Origin: Candidatus Altiarchaeota archaeon
GTDB lineage: Archaea; Altiarchaeota; Altiarchaeia; IMC4; SCGC-AAA252-I15
Length of the DNA: 62,965 nt
Direction: 5' to 3'
Assembly: GCA_043813075.1 (NCBI GenBank)
Contig: JBDRLL010000019.1
Span: forward strand, 1 to 62,965
A program made the position numbers and the translations under genes. Shown here in pieces: positions 10,486-19,376 of this stretch (the first letter of the stretch is position 1; each line of letters begins with the position of its first letter). The notes under the pieces are model-generated. The model had not been told where the DNA came from and made no database searches. It saw only the letters and a program-made list of their open reading frames with translations.

Positions 10486-11000
10486 GGCTTCTTCTTCAAC
10501 TTCAGCATGTATGCGACGATGTTGGCTATAATATGCATCGGCGGACTTATTATACATGCGACAGCAAGGTACTGCAAGTTGACTGGGACGAGAATCCACA
10601 CGGCCATATAGGAGCCGAAGATGTAGTCGAGAGAGTCCAGGAGAACCAGCGGATGACCCCTGCCGAAACCCATCCTCCTCTTGATGAAGCTGGCTACCGA
10701 GTCGCCCACAAGGGCGCCGAATCCGAGCATTATCCCGAGGGAGGCGGTCATCTGGGGGAGCCATGGGCTACCGTACATCGACTGGAGCATTCCAGTCAGC
10801 CCGCCCGCCAGGCCGCCGAGTATGAGGCCCCTCCATGTTTTTCCGTCGCCGAGAATCCGCTTTCCTCTCCAGGATTTACCGAAGTCTATTGGAGTGGAGT
10901 AGTTCTTGATGACGGGTATGCCGGAGACGTCTATCGCTATCGAGTTCGCTACGTACGCAGGAAGGGTGAACCAGAACACATTAATTAAAACGTTGAGCAT
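10479..11000 (-). CDS. carS: CDP-archaeol synthase
   Basis: PAYVANS, PIDFG, LGDGKTWRG, GDSVASFIKRR, LDSLD; start at ATG 11000. Confidence 0.92.
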   Translation of the reverse strand: MLNVLINVFWFTLPAYVANSIAIDVSGIPVIKNYSTPIDFGKSWRGKRILGDGKTWRGLILGGLAGGLTGMLQSMYGSPWLPQMTASLGIMLGFGALVGDSVASFIKRRMGFGRGHPLVLLDSLDYIFGSYMAVWILVPVNLQYLAVACIISPPMHIIANIVAYMLKLKKKPW

Positions 11001-11028
11001 GATACTTATTTGTAAGCATATTCTTAAA

Positions 11029-13161
11029 ATGAAGTCGAGTCTACTGCGTTTGTCGGTCTTTCTTGGAGGATTCGCGTCCATACTAGTCCAGCTGACATTG
11101 CTGAGGGAGTTGATGAGCGTCTTCTATGGTAATGAGCTCGTATTCGGCATCGTCCTGGGGATGTGGGTCATGCTTACTGGAGTCGGCAGTCTGCTGGGCA
11201 TGAGGTTCGGAGAGTCTCTGGGGTTGAGGGCGTATTCCACCAGCCTCCTTGCCTCAGGGATGATCATACCAGCCACCGTCTTTGCGTCTAGGATTGTTAA
11301 TACAGTAACCCTTAACCCTGGCGAGATGATGGGGTTGACGCGCATAATAGCGTCGAGTGCCGGTGTGATGGGGGTGTACTGCATCATATACGGGCTTCAG
11401 ATTGTGTTGGCGTCCAGTATGCTTTCGAGGGAGTATGGTGTGAGGGGTGTCGGAGGGGGATATGTCCTGGACAATCTGGGTGACGTTTTCGGGGGATTCA
11501 TGTTCAGCATCCTGCTGGTGTATCTCCTTGATTCCACGCAAGTCTCCTACGTTGCCGCGATACTCTGTCTTGCAGCAGCCGTAGGAGCCTCTTACGGCAG
11601 GGACAGGACTGTGATCTCGTTATCATGCATCTTGATTGCCGCAGCCATCGCGTCATACGGCATCCTTGACCTGCAGTCAGCAGGCAACAGCATCTTGTTC
11701 AGTGGCCAGGAGGTAATGTTCCAGGAATACTCTCCCTATGGGAACATTGTCGTGACCAGTTTTGGCGGCCAGATAAATTTCTTTGAGAATAGTGTGCCAG
11801 TATACAGCACGCAAGATGTTGAGGGGGTAGAGGAGGTAGTGCATTACCCCATGTCCCAGGTGAGTGAAGGGGGTAGTGTATTGCTGGTTTCAGGGGGTTT
11901 CACTGGAGTCATAAGCGAGCTGTTGAAACACAAACCGCGTTCAGTAGACTATGTCGAACTGGATCCTACGATGATTGATGTAGTGAAAAAGTATGCTGGG
12001 GAGGGGATTTTCAGCGACAGTAGGGTCAGTGTCTTGAACACTGACGGACGCCTGTATGTTAAGCGGACGGACAGGGGTTATGACGCAGTCATCGTGAACC
12101 TCCCGGATCCGACGACCGCCCAGTTGAACAGGTTTTACACCATAGAATTCATGAGGGAGCTTAAGAGTGCGCTCAATCCAGGGGGGGTCGTATCCCTCAG
12201 CCTCTCTTCGTCAGAGAACTACATGAACGAGGATACCAGGAGGCTTAACGCAGTATTGTTCAGGACATTACGGGAGGCGTTTAAGAACGTGATTGTGATA
12301 CCTGGCGAGACGAACAGGTTCATAGCCTCAGACAGGGAGCTCAGCTACGACATAGGCCGGCTCCTCAGGGAGAGGGGAGTGGAAGCGGATTACGTGAACG
12401 AAGCGTATTTGAAGGGCGTCATAACGGAAGACCGTGTCGCATATGTCATGGAATCATTGGATGATGAGGGGGAAGTGTTGAACAGCGACTTCAAGCCCGT
12501 GGGATACTATTACCAGACGTCAAAATGGCTGGACATGTTTGGCACAAGCCCCGGCTGGATGGCGGCGGTAGTAGCGGTGATGATGGGGTTGGCCTACATG
12601 AGGCTTAAGCCTGTTTATTCCCCCGTGTTCTCCATCGGATTCGCGGGTATGACTCTGGAAGTCGCCTTGCTGATAGCCTTCCAGGCGATGTACGGCTCCA
12701 TATACCAGAAGCTGGGGATTGTGATAACATCGTTCATGGCAGGCGTAGTCCTGGGAGCGCATTACGCAAACAGGAGGGGTGGGTCGGATGGCGTGAGATT
12801 GCTGCGACGCACAGCTTATTCCATCACCGCATACTCCCTCATACTCCCCGCACTGCTCTCCACCATATCTATGGCGGACGACCAGTACCTTACGATGCTT
12901 TCATCAGGAGCATTATTCCCACTGCTGGCTGCACTGCTCGGAGCCCATGTGGGGGCCGTATTCCCTACCGCAACACTCCATGCAGTGGCTTCTGGAGATA
13001 AGCCGTCGGCTGCTGCGGGAAGGGTTTACTCGCTGGACCTGGCGGGGGCTTTTTTCGGGGCGATACTAGCGAGCACTATAATGATACCATTGTATGGGGT
13101 ATACTGGACCTGCTTTTTAACGGCAGCAATAAATTTATTAACCGCATTGAGGCTCAGGTAA
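11029..13161 (+). CDS. Membrane-embedded spermidine-synthase-like (class I SAM-binding) fusion protein
   Basis: N-terminal and C-terminal multi-TM domains around SPYGNIVV, EEVVHYPM, VLLVSGG, VELDP, DGR, NRFYTIEF, LNPGG; start at ATG 11029. Confidence 0.82.
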   Translation: MKSSLLRLSVFLGGFASILVQLTLLRELMSVFYGNELVFGIVLGMWVMLTGVGSLLGMRFGESLGLRAYSTSLLASGMIIPATVFASRIVNTVTLNPGEMMGLTRIIASSAGVMGVYCIIYGLQIVLASSMLSREYGVRGVGGGYVLDNLGDVFGGFMFSILLVYLLDSTQVSYVAAILCLAAAVGASYGRDRTVISLSCILIAAAIASYGILDLQSAGNSILFSGQEVMFQEYSPYGNIVVTSFGGQINFFENSVPVYSTQDVEGVEEVVHYPMSQVSEGGSVLLVSGGFTGVISELLKHKPRSVDYVELDPTMIDVVKKYAGEGIFSDSRVSVLNTDGRLYVKRTDRGYDAVIVNLPDPTTAQLNRFYTIEFMRELKSALNPGGVVSLSLSSSENYMNEDTRRLNAVLFRTLREAFKNVIVIPGETNRFIASDRELSYDIGRLLRERGVEADYVNEAYLKGVITEDRVAYVMESLDDEGEVLNSDFKPVGYYYQTSKWLDMFGTSPGWMAAVVAVMMGLAYMRLKPVYSPVFSIGFAGMTLEVALLIAFQAMYGSIYQKLGIVITSFMAGVVLGAHYANRRGGSDGVRLLRRTAYSITAYSLILPALLSTISMADDQYLTMLSSGALFPLLAALLGAHVGAVFPTATLHAVASGDKPSAAAGRVYSLDLAGAFFGAILASTIMIPLYGVYWTCFLTAAINLLTALRLR

Positions 13162-13162
13162 A

Positions 13163-14338
13163 ATGGAGGTCAGTATTCTAGTGGGATTCACCATCTGTCT
13201 CACACTGGCATTCCTTTTCTCGGAACTGTTCTACTCATTTAAGTATCCCCGGGTTGTGGGCCAGATTATCGCGGGGATAATACTGGGGCTCCCGTTCATC
13301 AAAGTCTACTTCGGGGAAGAATTCACGTCGTTCATAAGCTCACTGTCGGACATAGGAGTAGTATTCCTGCTGCTCCTCGTCGGCACTGAAGTGAAGGTTG
13401 ACGAACTGAGGAAGGTATCGAAGAGGGCAATCTATCTTGCAGTGCTAGGCTACATTATCCCTTTTACCATAGGATTTCTCGCCATGACGATGCTAAAGTT
13501 TGAGGCCCTATCCGCAGTGATAGTGGGCATATGCCTTGCCATAAGCGCTGAAGCGATAACCGTTGAAACACTGATTGAGTATAAGCTGCTAAACACAGAC
13601 GTCGGCGCGACCATAATGGAGGCTGGGATGATAGACGATTTCCTGGGGATATTCTCTCTCGCAGCCGTAATCGGGATAGCCCAGGGAGGGGGTATCGACT
13701 CCGTCAAAAGCATGCCTGGGGAATTCCTGACGTTCATAGCCATCGCATACATAATAGGTTTCACTATACTGCCAAAGGCGGCGAAGAAGGTGTGGAAGGA
13801 GAAGTCGGAGGCGGCGGTATTCAGTCTCGCAGTGATTTTCGGGCTGATAGTGGTCTTGCTGTCCAACATATTCGACTTGAGCTCTATTGTCGGGGCTTTT
13901 GTAGCCGGGATGATAATCCAGCTTTCCATAAAGAACAAGCGGGAGGAGCAGGAGATAGTCGAAAGCCTGGAGATAGTCACTTTCGGCCTTGTCATACCCT
14001 TTTTCTTCATATTCATCGGCATGAACTTCAACGTATTAAACTTTTTGGATGACCTGCCGTTCATACTTCTGCTGGTAACACTCGCCCTGTCAGGCAAGAT
14101 GATGGCAGCCCATATAATGGGCGCCAGGCATAAGATGGTGAATGTGGAGAGGACTCTCATCGGATGGGGGATAAACCCTAGGGGTGCTGTTGAGCTGGTG
14201 ATCGCGAGCATAGCACGGGCGAACGGACTCATATCGGGTGAAGTATTCTCTGCGATAATAGCGATGGCGGTGATAGCCGCCTTGGTGTCCCCAGTTATGT
14301 TCAGGCGGACTCTTTCCTCATGGAAGGACACTGGGTGA
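13163..14338 (+). CDS. Cation:proton antiporter (CPA2 family)
   Basis: PRVVGQIIAGIILG, MIDD, GAFVAG, PRGAVELVIA; about 12 TMs. Confidence 0.9.
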   Translation: MEVSILVGFTICLTLAFLFSELFYSFKYPRVVGQIIAGIILGLPFIKVYFGEEFTSFISSLSDIGVVFLLLLVGTEVKVDELRKVSKRAIYLAVLGYIIPFTIGFLAMTMLKFEALSAVIVGICLAISAEAITVETLIEYKLLNTDVGATIMEAGMIDDFLGIFSLAAVIGIAQGGGIDSVKSMPGEFLTFIAIAYIIGFTILPKAAKKVWKEKSEAAVFSLAVIFGLIVVLLSNIFDLSSIVGAFVAGMIIQLSIKNKREEQEIVESLEIVTFGLVIPFFFIFIGMNFNVLNFLDDLPFILLLVTLALSGKMMAAHIMGARHKMVNVERTLIGWGINPRGAVELVIASIARANGLISGEVFSAIIAMAVIAALVSPVMFRRTLSSWKDTG

Positions 14339-14400
14339 ACATTGTAGTCCGAGATACTTTACAGGATTTATTCCAGGGATACTAGATTTTATTGCCGACT

Positions 14401-15585
14401 ATGGAATCGGATGACAGTAACTTCCTGAATGAGAGGATTAGTAGGCGTGATTTCATTAAGAAGTCTGCGTTGGCCTTGGCGGGGGTTGGCCTTGGAGCCT
14501 ACGGGCTTGGGAGAATCCTCTCGAGGGGGAGGGTTGATGGTCTGTTGGGCAACTCGTCTTCAGTGAAGCCGGGTAAATGGAGTAGGGAGGCTTATTTCTA
14601 CGCCGGGCTTGGTGATTCGGCAAGGTGCCTTCTGTGCCCCAATGAGTGCATAGTGAAAGACGGTGAGAGGGGTGTGTGCAGGAGCAGGACTAGCGTCGGC
14701 GGCGTGCTCTACACTCTCGCGTACGGTAATCCCTGTTCCGTGCACGTGGATCCGATAGAGAAGAAGCCGTTATACCATTTTCTCCCTGAGTCGTCCTCCT
14801 TCTCGATAGCCACTGGAGGCTGCAATTTCCGCTGCCTAAACTGCCAGAACTGGAGCATAAGCCAGTATCCGCCGGACGAGCTGAAGAACTTCGACCTAAT
14901 GCCCGAAAAGGTTGTTGAAGCTGCGGCCAACAACAAGTGCGAGTCCATAGCCTACACATACTCTGAGCCGTCCACATTCTACGAGTACATGCATGACACC
15001 GCGAGTATTGCGGTCGAGCAAGGCATTAGGGGTGTGTGGGTGACTAACGGGTATTTGAACAGGGAGCCGCTCGAAAAGTTGTGCAAGGTCGTTCACGCGG
15101 CGAACGTGGACTTGAAGGCTTTTGACGATGGAGTCTACCTGAAGCTGACTTCAGGAAGGCTGCAGCCGGTGCTTGAGACACTGAAGACGCTGAAGGCTAA
15201 TGGCGTGTGGTTCGAGGTCACCAACCTGGTCGTGCCCTATTGGACGGATGACATGGGCATGATACGGGAGATGTGCGCCTGGCTGAAGAGGAATATCGGG
15301 CCTGATTATCCGCTGCACTTCAGCAGGTTCCACCCAGAATACAAGCTGACTAACCTGCCGCCAACGCCAACCAGCTTCCTGGAGTCAGCGTGGGATACAG
15401 CGAAAGACGAGGGGCTCAACCACGTGTACATAGGGAATGTCCCAGGCTCTGGGAAGCAGGACACGTACTGCCCTGACTGCGGTGGCGTAGTGATTCAACG
15501 GAGAGGTTATGAGGTATCAATCAAGGACTTTGAGGACGGTTACTGTGGCGGGTGCGGGGCCAGGATTGCGGGCGTCTGGAAGTGA
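14401..15585 (+). CDS. amrS: AmmeMemoRadiSam system radical SAM enzyme with twin-arginine (Tat) signal
   Basis: DPIEKKPLYHF, CNFRCLNC (CxxxCxxC), AYTYSEP, HFSRFHP, VYIGNV, C-terminal CxxC..CxxC; N-terminal SRRDFIKK followed by a hydrophobic stretch. Confidence 0.92.
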   Translation: MESDDSNFLNERISRRDFIKKSALALAGVGLGAYGLGRILSRGRVDGLLGNSSSVKPGKWSREAYFYAGLGDSARCLLCPNECIVKDGERGVCRSRTSVGGVLYTLAYGNPCSVHVDPIEKKPLYHFLPESSSFSIATGGCNFRCLNCQNWSISQYPPDELKNFDLMPEKVVEAAANNKCESIAYTYSEPSTFYEYMHDTASIAVEQGIRGVWVTNGYLNREPLEKLCKVVHAANVDLKAFDDGVYLKLTSGRLQPVLETLKTLKANGVWFEVTNLVVPYWTDDMGMIREMCAWLKRNIGPDYPLHFSRFHPEYKLTNLPPTPTSFLESAWDTAKDEGLNHVYIGNVPGSGKQDTYCPDCGGVVIQRRGYEVSIKDFEDGYCGGCGARIAGVWK

Positions 15586-15586
15586 C

Positions 15587-16363
15587 TCACAGTATCATGT
15601 ACGCCGCGTAAATGTTCCATAAGACCATTATCACGCCAAAGAGCAGCAGGGAGAGGGATATGAGTCGTCTGATGTATATTATGCTTAACTCCACCTTCGT
15701 CCTGCCAGCGTATATGCCGACTAGTATGAAGGGCATCATGAACAGGGAGAAGAGCAGTACGGACAAGTCTATGAAGCCGAGTGCCGCGAGCAGGATACAC
15801 CTGAACAACGAGTCGTAAAATAGGAATGAAGAGGATGTGGAGTCTATGACCTCCGTCGCATCACCATACTTCCCTGAAAGATGCATGAACAGGGGGGGCC
15901 TGCTGAATGCGAACATGCCTCCGGATACGCCAGCCAGGAATATGGTTTTCAGACTGGATTTCCCAGGCTTTGAATGGACGGGTTTCTTGGATATCCGATT
16001 CAAAAGCCGGCCATTGGACAGGTAATCGTATGATGATGCTATTATCAGGAGGCCCAGGAGTATGAGCAGCACCTCATCGTATATCAGCCACAATAGCATG
16101 CATCCTGTGAACGTGCCGAAGAGCATGACATTCAAGTCCCTCTTGACCGGACCCATGTCAGCCCTCTTGGGGATCCGATGGTAGTTGACGTAGGACATCA
16201 CAAAGTCGACGAGCGAGACGACCGCCACCATAACCTTGACTCCCAGAAACACTGCAGCAATGGGTATCGCGAATATCACTGCACTGTAGATGCCAAGCCC
16301 CTCGATGAAATATCCTAGAAGAAGCGTAAGGCCCAGTACGAACGTGAGTTCGGGCGAAGGCAT
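15587..16363 (-). CDS. TauE/SafE-family (sulfite exporter-like) membrane protein
   Basis: GYFIEGLGI, AGVSGGMF...PP internal repeat; about 8 TMs, 258 aa. Confidence 0.7.
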   Translation of the reverse strand: MPSPELTFVLGLTLLLGYFIEGLGIYSAVIFAIPIAAVFLGVKVMVAVVSLVDFVMSYVNYHRIPKRADMGPVKRDLNVMLFGTFTGCMLLWLIYDEVLLILLGLLIIASSYDYLSNGRLLNRISKKPVHSKPGKSSLKTIFLAGVSGGMFAFSRPPLFMHLSGKYGDATEVIDSTSSSFLFYDSLFRCILLAALGFIDLSVLLFSLFMMPFILVGIYAGRTKVELSIIYIRRLISLSLLLFGVIMVLWNIYAAYMIL

Positions 16364-16390
16364 AAAATAATATAAGACTCGGTGTTAATT

Positions 16391-16400
16391 AAAAAAAAAA
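16391..16400 (-). terminator. Oligo-T (T10) archaeal-type terminator
   Basis: A10 on + strand, 6 bp after the stop of the minus-strand SemiSWEET gene. Confidence 0.5.
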
Positions 16401-16406
16401 GCCGGG

Positions 16407-16679
16407 TTACTGGTATATGAATGCGCCCAATGCGATTGATGACTGCAGGATGACTAGAAGCAGGAACATTACTGCTATCGGCCTGTCCTTCTTGAGGATC
16501 CCGTAGGCCAGCCAGATTAGCGACAACAGTGCGAACAATGTCCAGGAGAGGGCTGAAACGCCTGAAGCGTTTTTCCCGACCCATATCCGCAGTAGTTGGG
16601 GTATGTTGGCTAACGGCGAGACAACCGCAAGATAGATTATGATTCGTTCGAACGAATGCAATAGCTTTTCACTGTCCAT
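16407..16679 (-). CDS. SemiSWEET / PQ-loop family transporter
   Basis: IPQLLRIW..K...GVS, WLAYGIL..D.PI; 3 TMs, about 90 aa. Confidence 0.85.
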   Translation of the reverse strand: MDSEKLLHSFERIIIYLAVVSPLANIPQLLRIWVGKNASGVSALSWTLFALLSLIWLAYGILKKDRPIAVMFLLLVILQSSIALGAFIYQ

Positions 16680-16715
16680 CAAGTAGATTATTATTCGCGA
16701 GAGTAAATTAGTTAC

Positions 16716-17198
16716 ATGCAGAGGAGGGAGTTGGAGGATCTGAGGAACAGGTTCTGGAGCGACATCGAAGGGGAGATACAGTCCCGGGCCGGGCGGAAAG
16801 ACAAGTCCTTCAGGCTAAGGGGAAAGTGGAAGAAGTACGTGAGGAGACAGTCCGGCTACAGGATTTATTCAGTTGACAGCAGGTGGATACGCGACAACCT
16901 CTGCGTCTACTTCAGCCACGGAGGGCACGGCCTCGTCCACGAGTTCATACCAGTCGACGAGATATGGGTAAGTTCACACCACTACTATGAAGGCGAGAAC
17001 ACCCTGGCGCACTGCGTCTGCAGGGTCAGGAAGAAGGGCATGAGGGTCTCGAAAAACTATTTCGAGAGCACAGTCATACACGAGATCACGGAGATAGAGG
17101 AGATGAAGAAGGGGAAAAGCTACCAGCAAGCACACAGGATAGCCCTGAGGAAAGAGGAGGAGATAGGCCTCATATCAGACCCCTTCAGCGACCCGTAA
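16716..17198 (+). CDS. Hypothetical protein with HExxE...Y..AH putative metal-binding motif
   Basis: Purine-rich coding-like ORF; IHEITEIEEMKKGKSYQQAH, GGHG, IPVDEIWV. Confidence 0.7.
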   Translation: MQRRELEDLRNRFWSDIEGEIQSRAGRKDKSFRLRGKWKKYVRRQSGYRIYSVDSRWIRDNLCVYFSHGGHGLVHEFIPVDEIWVSSHHYYEGENTLAHCVCRVRKKGMRVSKNYFESTVIHEITEIEEMKKGKSYQQAHRIALRKEEEIGLISDPFSDP

Positions 17199-17202
17199 AA
17201 AT

Positions 17203-17287
17203 GCGGGTTGGACAATCTCCCTGGATATGGACTACATCTTTTTATTGGAGTACGTCCCTTGATTTGACATACTCTACTTCAACCCGC
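17203..17287 (-). ncRNA. Candidate structured RNA element (three-way junction) between convergent genes
   Basis: GCGGGTTG(17203-10)/CAACCCGC(17280-87) closing stem; inner stems 17248-56/17266-74 and 17224-28/17234-38, whose mismatches become G.U pairs on the minus strand. Confidence 0.35.
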
Positions 17288-17328
17288 CGAAACAAAAAAC
17301 GTAACCCTATGGAAGGATTACGACAGAT

Positions 17329-17988
17329 TTATGCCGCCATGCTCTCATCGAAGGTTAGATTCGATTCCATCATCTGTGATTGGCCTCTGTTGAGCTCGTA
17401 TTTCACACCGCCTTGCGTCAGGTCCATGCTGGCGAAGCGTTCGACAACAACAGAACCGTCTGGCCGCGCCATGACGTTGGTGACGTTGTCTCCGCGGGGA
17501 TGGGATTCGCCTTCGACTGGCGTGTCGAAGTCGGAGTATATGTTTTTGAAGCCGTGGTCGGCGAGTATCCTAGCGTAGTCCTCACGCATGTCGGGTCTGC
17601 CGTCGCCCTTCACCAGGTACGCGAGCGTGTCGCCGGCAGTAGAGTATCTCTTCCACTCGTCGAGCAGGGCGGCGACATGGTGTGATGGATGCGCGTGGGC
17701 GACGCCCACCAGCCTCCTGGAAGGGTCTATCAGGATTAGGTGCGTGCAACTGGATGCTGAGATGGACTTGACGTTGGAGCCGCGGACAAATATGGCCTCC
17801 CCCTCCTCGACTTCCAGGGGATCACGAGTGCCCTCCGGACTCAATCCCACTATCTCCGACTTCTCCATGCGGGCGCTGGATGAAGCCGGGAACTTGAAGA
17901 ATAACGCGGTTCCAGGCTGGATTATCCTCGGCTGGATTTCTCCGACAGAAGCGTCAGAACGGCCAGTATGAACACCCTCCCTTAGCAT
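17329..17988 (-). CDS. CheD/CNF1/YfiH-fold putative deamidase
   Basis: EVEEGE ... SASSCTHLILID...VGVAHAH ... AYLVKG ... LADHGF..IYSD ... DGSVVV follows the CheD pattern (Cys-His dyad). Confidence 0.55.
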   Translation of the reverse strand: MLREGVHTGRSDASVGEIQPRIIQPGTALFFKFPASSSARMEKSEIVGLSPEGTRDPLEVEEGEAIFVRGSNVKSISASSCTHLILIDPSRRLVGVAHAHPSHHVAALLDEWKRYSTAGDTLAYLVKGDGRPDMREDYARILADHGFKNIYSDFDTPVEGESHPRGDNVTNVMARPDGSVVVERFASMDLTQGGVKYELNRGQSQMMESNLTFDESMAA

Positions 17989-18013
17989 GTTAGATGATTA
18001 GGTGTTACTAGAA

Positions 18014-19312
18014 TTAATGCTTGGGCTTCTTTAGCAGCAGCGCTATTCCAGCAGCCAGGAGACATGCAACGCCCGCTATCAGGAAGGGCGTCATCCACGC
18101 GGACACCTGACCTGCCGCAGCATCCTTGAAGTAGCCAGCCACCTGCGGCCCCGCTATGCCAGCAACGCCGTAGGAGAGGAAGACGTAGCCGTAGTTGACG
18201 CCCACCGTCTTGTTCCCGAAGAAGTCGGCTGTCGCAGCAGGGAACAGCGCGAAGTTCCCGCCGAAATTGAATCCAATAATGCATGCGCCCACAATCAAGC
18301 CGATCTCGCTTGAACCCAGCTTGTAGAACAAAAGCATGACCACACCCTGCAGCAGGCACATGAGGAACAAAGACGTCTTCCTGCCAAGCTTGTCTGAGAC
18401 AGCGCCCCATACGATGCGGCCCAGACCGTTTAGTATCGCATACCATGCCATCGCAGTGCCTGCGACCACGCCAGCATCCTTGGCGTTCGCCACAGCTCCG
18501 CTCGCCACCAGAGCGTCTATGCCAAACAACTGGATGCAGTATATGACCATGAGGCCCGCCAGGGCGGAGCACAGGAACATTATGAATAGCATGAAGAACT
18601 GCGGGGTCCTAAGCATCTCGCCGCTCGACAGGTTGACTGAGCCGGATGCTTTTGTTGTGCCTGAATCCTTGGGCGGCTCCCAACCAGCAGGCTTATATCC
18701 TTCAGGCGGGTTCACCATCACTATGCTGCCCACCATCACAAGCAGTAGGAATGCGGCACCGTATATCACGAAGACGCTCTGCACGCCAGGCAGGCCAAAA
18801 ACGTTGGTGACGTTCAAGAGACCGCCAAACCAGCTGCCAGCCAGCTTAACCCAGATTGTAGCTCCGAAACCGAATCCTGCGACAGCGAGGCCTGTTATCA
18901 TGCCCTTCTTGTCTGGGAACCACTTGACGCCGACAGCTATGGGCACCACATAGCCGAGGCCGATGCCAGCGCCGCCGACAATCCCTATGAAGAAGAGTTG
19001 GGAGATGAATGATGTCCCGAAGAATCCGCCGAGAATGTATCCGACGCCAAGCACTATGCCGCCAGCCATCGCTATCGGCCGCGGGCCTATCTTAGCCTGC
19101 ATGCGGCCTGCCGCAACCATGACGACCGCGAACGTGGCGAGTCCCGCTGAGAATATCCACGCAGCCTCAGTGGCAGTGAATCCGTATATTCCGCCATTTT
19201 CGAGGGGCATTGTCAGCCGGCCAGTGAACACACTCCAACTGTATATGGCCCCGAGACAGAGTTGTATGAGAACAGCGCCTATTACAACCAGCCACCTGTT
19301 TTTTATCTTCAT
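18014..19312 (-). CDS. OFA (oxalate:formate antiporter) family MFS transporter
   Basis: QLCLGAIYSWSVF, KWFPDKKG..TGLAVAGFG, NGLGRIVWG.VSDKLGR, ADFFG. Confidence 0.93.
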   Translation of the reverse strand: MKIKNRWLVVIGAVLIQLCLGAIYSWSVFTGRLTMPLENGGIYGFTATEAAWIFSAGLATFAVVMVAAGRMQAKIGPRPIAMAGGIVLGVGYILGGFFGTSFISQLFFIGIVGGAGIGLGYVVPIAVGVKWFPDKKGMITGLAVAGFGFGATIWVKLAGSWFGGLLNVTNVFGLPGVQSVFVIYGAAFLLLVMVGSIVMVNPPEGYKPAGWEPPKDSGTTKASGSVNLSSGEMLRTPQFFMLFIMFLCSALAGLMVIYCIQLFGIDALVASGAVANAKDAGVVAGTAMAWYAILNGLGRIVWGAVSDKLGRKTSLFLMCLLQGVVMLLFYKLGSSEIGLIVGACIIGFNFGGNFALFPAATADFFGNKTVGVNYGYVFLSYGVAGIAGPQVAGYFKDAAAGQVSAWMTPFLIAGVACLLAAGIALLLKKPKH

Positions 19313-19376
19313 CTTTTCGGAGTAGAATATATTTACGGGGTGCTTTAAAAGTATTATATTATAGGTGGGTGGTTTT

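Noticed and set aside
9121-10764. ORF-track N-terminal extensions (547-aa oxidoreductase; also the longest-ORF starts of sufB, carS, the spermidine-synthase-like gene and glyS)
   Set aside because: Extensions overlap neighbouring real genes and lack family similarity; shorter starts chosen
13450-14331. Long antisense ORFs (e.g. 13450-14331, 21382-22185, 59146-59865, many inside the giant gene)
   Set aside because: Shadow ORFs of well-supported genes on the opposite strand, with no recognisable motifs
17203-17287. tRNA or tRNA-Sec (8-bp terminal stem, TCA in a loop on the minus strand), or integron attC site
   Set aside because: No D-arm, no TTCRA T-loop, the loop is not a 7-nt anticodon loop; GTT/AAC ends are in the wrong order for attC and no integrase is present
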